A stretch of DNA of 63,231 nucleotides, the filler included, from Aduncisulcus paluster (Eukaryota): NCBI GenBank assembly GCA_024181965.1. It is 8 parts of 8 records of this genome, joined end to end, with 100 filler letters (N's around TTAATTAATTAA, not from the genome) between each part and the next. Parts side by side here need not be neighbours in the genome. Positions count along the whole stretch, not along the records: positions 53,524 to 60,897 come from BQXS01011715.1; positions 60,998 to 63,231 come from BQXS01011718.1; 6 more parts are not named here. One strand, 5' to 3'. Below are positions 56,753 to 63,231 of this stretch, in pieces. The position numbers were made by a program, and so were the translations under genes. Position 1 is the first letter of the stretch, and the number at the start of each line of letters is the position of its first letter. The notes below the pieces were generated by a model. The model was not told the origin of the DNA. It searched no databases and was given only the letters and a program-made list of their open reading frames with translations.

Positions 56753-58712
56753 TTATTCATATTCCGCCATTCTATTCTGTCCCGTGAGTAACATTTCATC
56801 ATATTTTAGGGAAGAAGTCACAGCATCCATGAGTCTGGAGGCCTTCTCAAACTCCTCAGACATGACTGAGGGGAGAGAGAACTCTTTTTGTCTAACTCGC
56901 GTGAAAGCTTTCATTTCTTGAGAAGGGGAGAAACGCCCAGCAGAGGCGGAAACGATGTGAGATAATGTTTCAGGATCAACAGGAACCACTGGGTCTGACT
57001 TGGGCTGGAAGGAAACGATAGTGGCATCGGATAAAGTCTTTCTTTTCTTTAGTTCTCGGACATAATCTGCCATCCGACCTTTTGTTCCAATTTCACTCTT
57101 GCACCGCCTGAGATATGACGCTCTAGAAGTCTTAGATAACCGCATCGTGGAAAGAGCAGTGCTCGGTGGTTTGCCGAAGCGATCTGTTCTTTGTGTTCCA
57201 GGTGTTTGAAGACGATGATGGTGAGTTGATGGGGTACTTGAATACGGAGATTTATGATAATGCGAGGCTGGACGACTTCCAAATGAGGTCGAGGCAGATA
57301 ATTGTCGGGAATATGGAGTTCTAGGCATATCAGTATCTCTAGGCCGCCGTAAAGACATACTACTCATCGCTCTACGACCTTGGATGGATGTTGGGGTGCT
57401 GGGCATTGCGGATGATCGATGGGTTGGATTGGCACTGTGTATTCTGCTTCGCCGTGATCCAATCCGTTGACGTGTGCTTGGACGAGAGTTTATAGTCTTT
57501 TGGATATACGAGGAGGAAGGTGGGGCAAAAGGAACACCGCTTCCAGACATCGCAGAGGGACTTACGAGAAGAGAATTACGCATTCCAGATGATCTCTCTG
57601 CTTGAATCATCCTGAGAAGATCATCCTCGACGTCCTCAAGGGTTTCTTCTGGGGGAAATCCATCGAGGCTATTATCTTGAAGAGGGGCAGAATCATCGGC
57701 TGGAGACGAAGGCCTATGGTAAAGCTCCGGTTTTGTAAAAGACCTCTTCAGTTTATCAGGATGTAACCGAGCTTGCATCCTCTCGCGCCGTTTTCTTTCA
57801 TCAACTCTTGCCTGGTGAGATTTTGGTCTAGGAATGACTTGATGACGGGAAGGAGATGCATAAAATGAAGCAAGGTGAATTTTAGGAGTAGGTTTCATAA
57901 CAGTTTCTATAATATCATCGCCAGCAATGGCAGCAGCCACACGCAGAGAGTTGGCAAAGCGACGATGTTTGGTATCAAGGGCAGATTTAGATCGTTTCCT
58001 GGATGGAAGAGCCCATCTATCTTCCCAAGCATTTGTTGGTGGAGATGTTAAGGATGGAAATTGAGTGGCAGGAGGAGATAGTGTCCGATGTTCCTCTCGC
58101 AAAACTGTTTCTCGTGTTTGAACAGGAGACTCCAATTTATCAGGATAAGGCCTATGGATGGTAAAGCTCCGGTTTTGTAAAAGACCTCTTCAGTTTATCA
58201 GGATGTAACCGAGCTTGCATCCTCTCGCGCCGTTTTCTTTCATCAACTCTTGCCTGGTGAGATTTTGGTCTAGGAATGACTTGATGACGGGAAGGAGATG
58301 CATAAAATGAAGCAAGGTGAATTTTAGGAGTAGGTTTCATAACAGTTTCTATAATATCATCGCCAGCAATGGCAGCAGCCACACGCAGAGAGTTGGCAAA
58401 GCGACGATGTTTGGTATCAAGGGCAGATTTAGATCGTTTCCTGGATGGAAGAGCCCATCTATCTTCCCAAGCATTTGTTGGTGGAGATGTTAAGGATGGA
58501 AATTGAGTGGCAGGAGGAGATAGTGTCCGATGTTCCTCTCGCAAAACTGTTTCTCGTGTTTGAACAGGAGACTCCAATTTATCAGGATTTTTTGATGAAG
58601 ATAGCAACGAATGAACGCTATCCATTGTATTACTAAATTGTTGTGGATCCAAAGATCGCAGAGGTTGTATTGGATACGATAGCGATGAATGGAACCGATT
58701 TTTTCTATTCAT
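56753..58712 (-). CDS. Basic Ser/Arg/Pro-rich hypothetical protein (~505 aa), split by a 438-nt tandem duplication
   Basis: 57709-58146 repeated at 58147-58588 with an extra ATGG; removing one copy fuses the two ORFs. Confidence 0.72.
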
Positions 58713-59213
58713 TCAATAAATTTAACTACTATATAATCAAATAAACGAAATTCTAAAACATATAAATGGAATGCTTTTTTTGATTGTCATAAAAACGGGA
58801 GTTGGAGAAAATCTTTTGATTCTCTTGCATTGAAATAATTTTTATAGATAGAAAAATGTTAAAATTAATGCTACAAATTAATATACTTATTTATTCATAA
58901 ATAAACATATGGAAAAAAAATTTATGATAAAATTTCCAAATTTATTGAAACAAACCACATAAAATAAATTTTGAAGACAAGAATATGGTTATCAGGCTAT
59001 ATAAACCAAATTGATGTAATAAATATCAAGATAACAACTGTGTTTCATTCGTATCATAAACAAGTTGAAAGCAAGCAAAAAAGGTGTACCAACAATACAA
59101 TACTTTTTTTTTTCAAAATATAAACTTAGTAATTATTGATAACAACTTATTATATTTGATCCATGGATGACATGGCCAAAGGGAAATAAAAAAATTTGAT
59201 GATGGGAGTATAT

Positions 59214-60897
59214 TCACTCTAAATCTTCAGATGACTCTTCCTCTTCGTCTTCCATTTCATCATAATCGTCTTCTCTGGCAAGATCTCTGCCGATTGCAAC
59301 TCGATCTTTGACCCATTGATCGCTGATTTCTTTGGACGATGATAGTAGGAGAAATTGACTGTGACTACCCTCAGATAATGGAACAATTGGCGGTGTGCCC
59401 GAACTTTGTCTCGAAGGTTGGTGGAAATGGGTATGCTGTGACAAAGTGCTACTCGTTGAGTCAGTTGTGGATTCATAGGGAGTTCCAGGACGCGATGGAA
59501 TCTTGAATTTCATACGTCCTCTTTTATCACGACCTAACACACATCCGACACGAGCTTTATCTCTTCGCCGCTTCACGCAGGCCTGGAATGCTTTTTCTTT
59601 CAACATTTCAACGGGGATGAGAGTAACAGAGCCACGATCAACATGCCGTGAACTATCTCGATGATCTCTAATATCAGCGACAATGCCGGAATTAATATCG
59701 GGTTGAGGCGATGATCGGTCAGGATACCGGGTGGAATCGGCAACGCCTGAGCCTTTCTTCTTTCTTTCCTTAACATCCCCTACAATAAATCCCAACGACG
59801 ATCCATGTTCTGATGGGGCAGATAAAAGGGATTTCTGAGATGAGGAACCGACGTGGACATCCATTTCCATAAGCTCTTGTTCAAGTTGTTCTTCAAGCAA
59901 ACGTCGTTTCTCTTCTTCCTTAGGAATGGAAGTAATAACACCAACACTGCCGGTGGTACTGTCGGTAATTATGCCGGTTGAAGTTGTTATGACAGAGCCG
60001 TCAGATCCCATTCGTTGTTCCTTGGAGAGTGGATCCATCTTCATCTTCCTATCTCCTTCACTATACCTCTGCTCGAGTGGGCGAGATCTTGGAGAGGATG
60101 AGGACACGGGAGATCCAGGATACCCTTCCCAGACATCACCTTGAATAGATCCACGAGCAATGGCTTCCTTGGTTAGCGTACGCCAAAGATCAGAGTTGTC
60201 CCGACCGGAAGCACGACGACTACTCTGAGAACGCTGATTAATCTGATCGTAGAAAGAAGGATGGAAAATATAATTCCCTTGATGACTCCCCTTCTTTCTT
60301 TCTCTCCCGCGACCAACTTTCTCTTTCTTCATACTGGTATCATAATCTCTCTCTCTCGTCTTCACTTCTCTATGTTTTTTCCTTGCTTTTGCTGTTGATG
60401 CTTGATTTTGAGACTGACCATCGGCATAAGGGTATTTGTGGGTAAACTGGGGCAGTCGTCGCTTTGAGATGTCGTGGTCGCTATCGTTCTCTGACCTTCT
60501 ACGGCTTGCAATGTCTCTCTCACGTCGAACAGCACCCATTTCCTTGGCAAGCCTCTTCTTAAGCTTACTCAGACGAGTTGAAGGAGAAAAACATGAAAAG
60601 GGGGAGAGGGGAAGCGACAATGGAGGAGGAACACGTGAGGGCGGTGACAGATATGCATTCTTATATTCTCGCATCATCTCTTCACCTCTTTCAAGCTCAA
60701 TCTGTTCAAGGCGACTCTTTTCTTCTCGATCCAGTTCTCGCCGCCTCCGGTTGGAGTGTATCTTCTTTCGTTTTTCATCCTCTTCCTGTTCACGCTGACG
60801 TTGAAGCTCGAAATGCCGGCGCATATCCTCTGCCCGTTGTTTACGAACGTTTTCTCTCCTCTTCCACCATAGTGAATGTTCATGTTTTTTACGAAGA
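59214..60897 (-). CDS. Charged low-complexity hypothetical protein; 5'-partial
   Basis: 536-aa ORF whose frame stays open to the scaffold gap (LRKKHEHSLWWKRRENVRKQRAED). Confidence 0.72.
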
Positions 60898-60999
60898 NNN
60901 NNNNNNNNNNNNNNNNNNNNNNNNNNNNNNNNNNNNNNNNNTTAATTAATTAANNNNNNNNNNNNNNNNNNNNNNNNNNNNNNNNNNNNNNNNNNNNCC

Positions 61000-63231
61000 T
61001 CTGTTCTTGACTCTTATGTTAATGCAGCCCAATACATTGCTCTTGGTCGCCTTCTGTTCCACGTTGGAAGAAGTGAAGGTCCTGGAGAGGTTCCATTTTC
61101 TGGTCCCTCTCTGATGCCACTTGTCCGTGCTGTTCTTGTTCTTGGCTCTCGTGCCAATGCCCACTCTTCTCCAATCTCAATCATTACTACCTTCTTCAAT
61201 CGCATCTGGGACCTTATCGCTGCTATGATCAAGCTCCAACCTACTCTCTTCTCCTTGGACAGCCCTGATTCTCTCTTTGGAGAGCTCAAGGAACTTCTCG
61301 AGGCTATGGTCGCTGTGTCCGTCAAACGTGCCGACGAAGGTGAAGACTATGCCTTTCATATTCCTCTTGTTGTATCTGTCTTCACTCTGTACTATGGTTT
61401 GGATGATCGTAAACGTGTTATCAGCGAGCTCTGTGACACTGTCTACAAGTTGATGTGTGAGGGTGATCTCATTGCTATGTCTGATCGTCCAAGTTTGTTC
61501 AATATTCCCAAGATGAATACGTTTGGAATCTGGTATAAAAAAATCACAGGATTCGAAATCATAGATGAGCGTTCACGTGCTGAGAAGGAATTAAGACGTA
61601 AAATTGAACTTCCATTTATTGAAAAACACTTAACCTATAATCCTTACCCACAGCCTCGTACATCTCTTATTAACTCTGCGAGGAAATTGAAAGCATGGAG
61701 ACACAGGTTTTACATCTCAAGACCCTATGGTTCTTTCCCTCTTGTAACTTTGCCTGCTTACGATACTACCCACCCTTCTCTTCCTCCTCCGCGTGATCTG
61801 GTTGAGTTCTGGGGAGATCTTTCTTATCCCGATAAGATTTACAAGGATTGGTATGAATATCCCGTTGGAAATCTGAAGACTGTGTGCGACACGTTCTTTG
61901 ACAAGTTCATTGAAGCTGCCAAGATCGACAGAGGAAGTGAGAAGTGCTGTGAAGAGAAGGAATGCAAGGATGAATGTGAGAAGGAGGAGGATTGTTGCTG
62001 TTCTCGTCCCGATTCAAAACCCTGCTCTTTGTGTGAAAGAATTATTCTGTTGTTGACAAGTTGTGTGATCAGTTTGCAACTTACTAAACACAACAGGAGG
62101 ACTGTTCTTGAGATTCCTGACCATGTGTTAAATACTGTCACTAACTTCTGTGGCCGTAAAACTTTTAGTGCTATTTATCCCATCTTTAGCTCCAACGAGA
62201 AGTATCTTGAAGAACGGAATAAGCGAGTCCTCTTCACCAATGCCAATCAGAAGAAGTTGTTCGTTTTCCAACAACTTAACTCTCTCCAACAACCTCCTGT
62301 TGCTATGCCTTTAGAATGCATCAACAAGAAGAAGATCCCTCCAGCTGTGAGATACACCTCTTCCAATGCCGATAAGGTTGTCACAAAGGTTGTTAAGGCT
62401 CGTGTGCCTGTTGTTAATGATCTTAAGTTCCGTAACACCCGAAAGCTTGTCACTCTTGACGAGGGAACCTATGCCTTTGATGCATTCACTCTTACTTCAT
62501 GCAGGGCTGGTCACCTTGGAAAGAAGATCAGCGAAGTTCTCACTCAAGGTAACTCTTGTGCCCATACTTCCACAATAATGACATGCTCTGCCCTTCCCTC
62601 TCTCTTTTTCAAGGATCGTGCTGAGATTGTTGCTCACGTTTGTAAGGTTCTCAGCAACGTATTTAAGGAAGGTGTTAACGCTGGCGACAATGTTTCCCGT
62701 CTCAACGAACTGGGTGTCATTATTCACAAGCTTGGATTCATTGCCTTGACACGTTCTGAAGGTGTGTCCCTGTGGGAGAGTCTTCGTCCATTCTGGAGGA
62801 AGAAGAGTGTCCGTAATGCCATTAATACCAGGTTCTTGCAGACTATCCTTATATTCCTTGGTTCTCTCCTCTATTTGGATTCTCAGTATATCTTTGATCT
62901 CTTCGAGTTGATGAACAGTGTCGAGAGTGAGAAACAACGTGCCATCATTGCTGCTTCCATTCTCCGTGTTACTCCTTCCCTTCGAGCCAGGACTGAGGAA
63001 GAAGTCAAGGTCTGGGGTGATCGTCTTGTGTGTGTTCTTGAGGGCAGAACTTATGAACCTGATGAAGATGATGAAGAGGAGGAGGAGGAAGAGATTGCCA
63101 AATCCATCTCCAAGTCTGTCATTTCAAAGAAGGACAATAAGGCTATGCGTGTCATTGTTGGAAAGACTGTCTTCAATCTTATTTCTAAGCTTACTGATGA
63201 GTTTGGTCGTATTGCTAACCCCAATTCCGAT
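61000..63231 (+). CDS. Continuation of the large hypothetical protein at 53524-55879; missed by the ORF track; partial at both ends
   Basis: 744 codons without a stop in frame 61000 (SVLDSYVNAAQYIALG...); includes Cys/Glu-rich KCCEEKECKDECEKEEDCCCSRPDSKPCSLCE. Confidence 0.9.

Overview
AT-rich, gene-dense, intron-poor DNA from a flagellated single-celled eukaryote using the standard genetic code (TAA/TAG/TGA all end genes). It is not one locus: eight short scaffolds (1-18294, 18394-27225, 27325-33951, 34052-43330, 43431-49000, 49101-53423, 53524-60897, 60998-63231) are joined by artificial ~100-nt N/TTAATTAATTAA/N linkers, and seven internal 20-N gaps sit next to duplicated (unmerged overlap) sequence. 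Recognisable genes: formin C-terminus, BMS1 (with a hidden 15-nt first exon), a membrane-anchored serine beta-lactamase-fold hydrolase, DRC10/IQCD, a probable Borealin, an AIR9-like LRR/A9 protein, a DOCK-family GEF, a DENN-domain GEF, two related lineage-specific Ser/Thr kinases, an SH3 protein and CCDC113. The kinase signature recalls, from memory only, the expanded kinases of free-living fornicates such as Aduncisulcus. Most notable: three separately called ORFs at 40487-43330 appear to be one receptor-like gene (signal peptide, acidic ectodomain, about 7 TM helices, coiled coil, intact kinase) joined by a GC-AG intron and a -1 frameshift, with a possible kinase-less relative at 22315-23091. 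Also notable are matching +1 frameshifts at (GA)n runs in two convergent genes and a TACTG/TACTA repeat that tends to lie sense-oriented downstream of stop codons.
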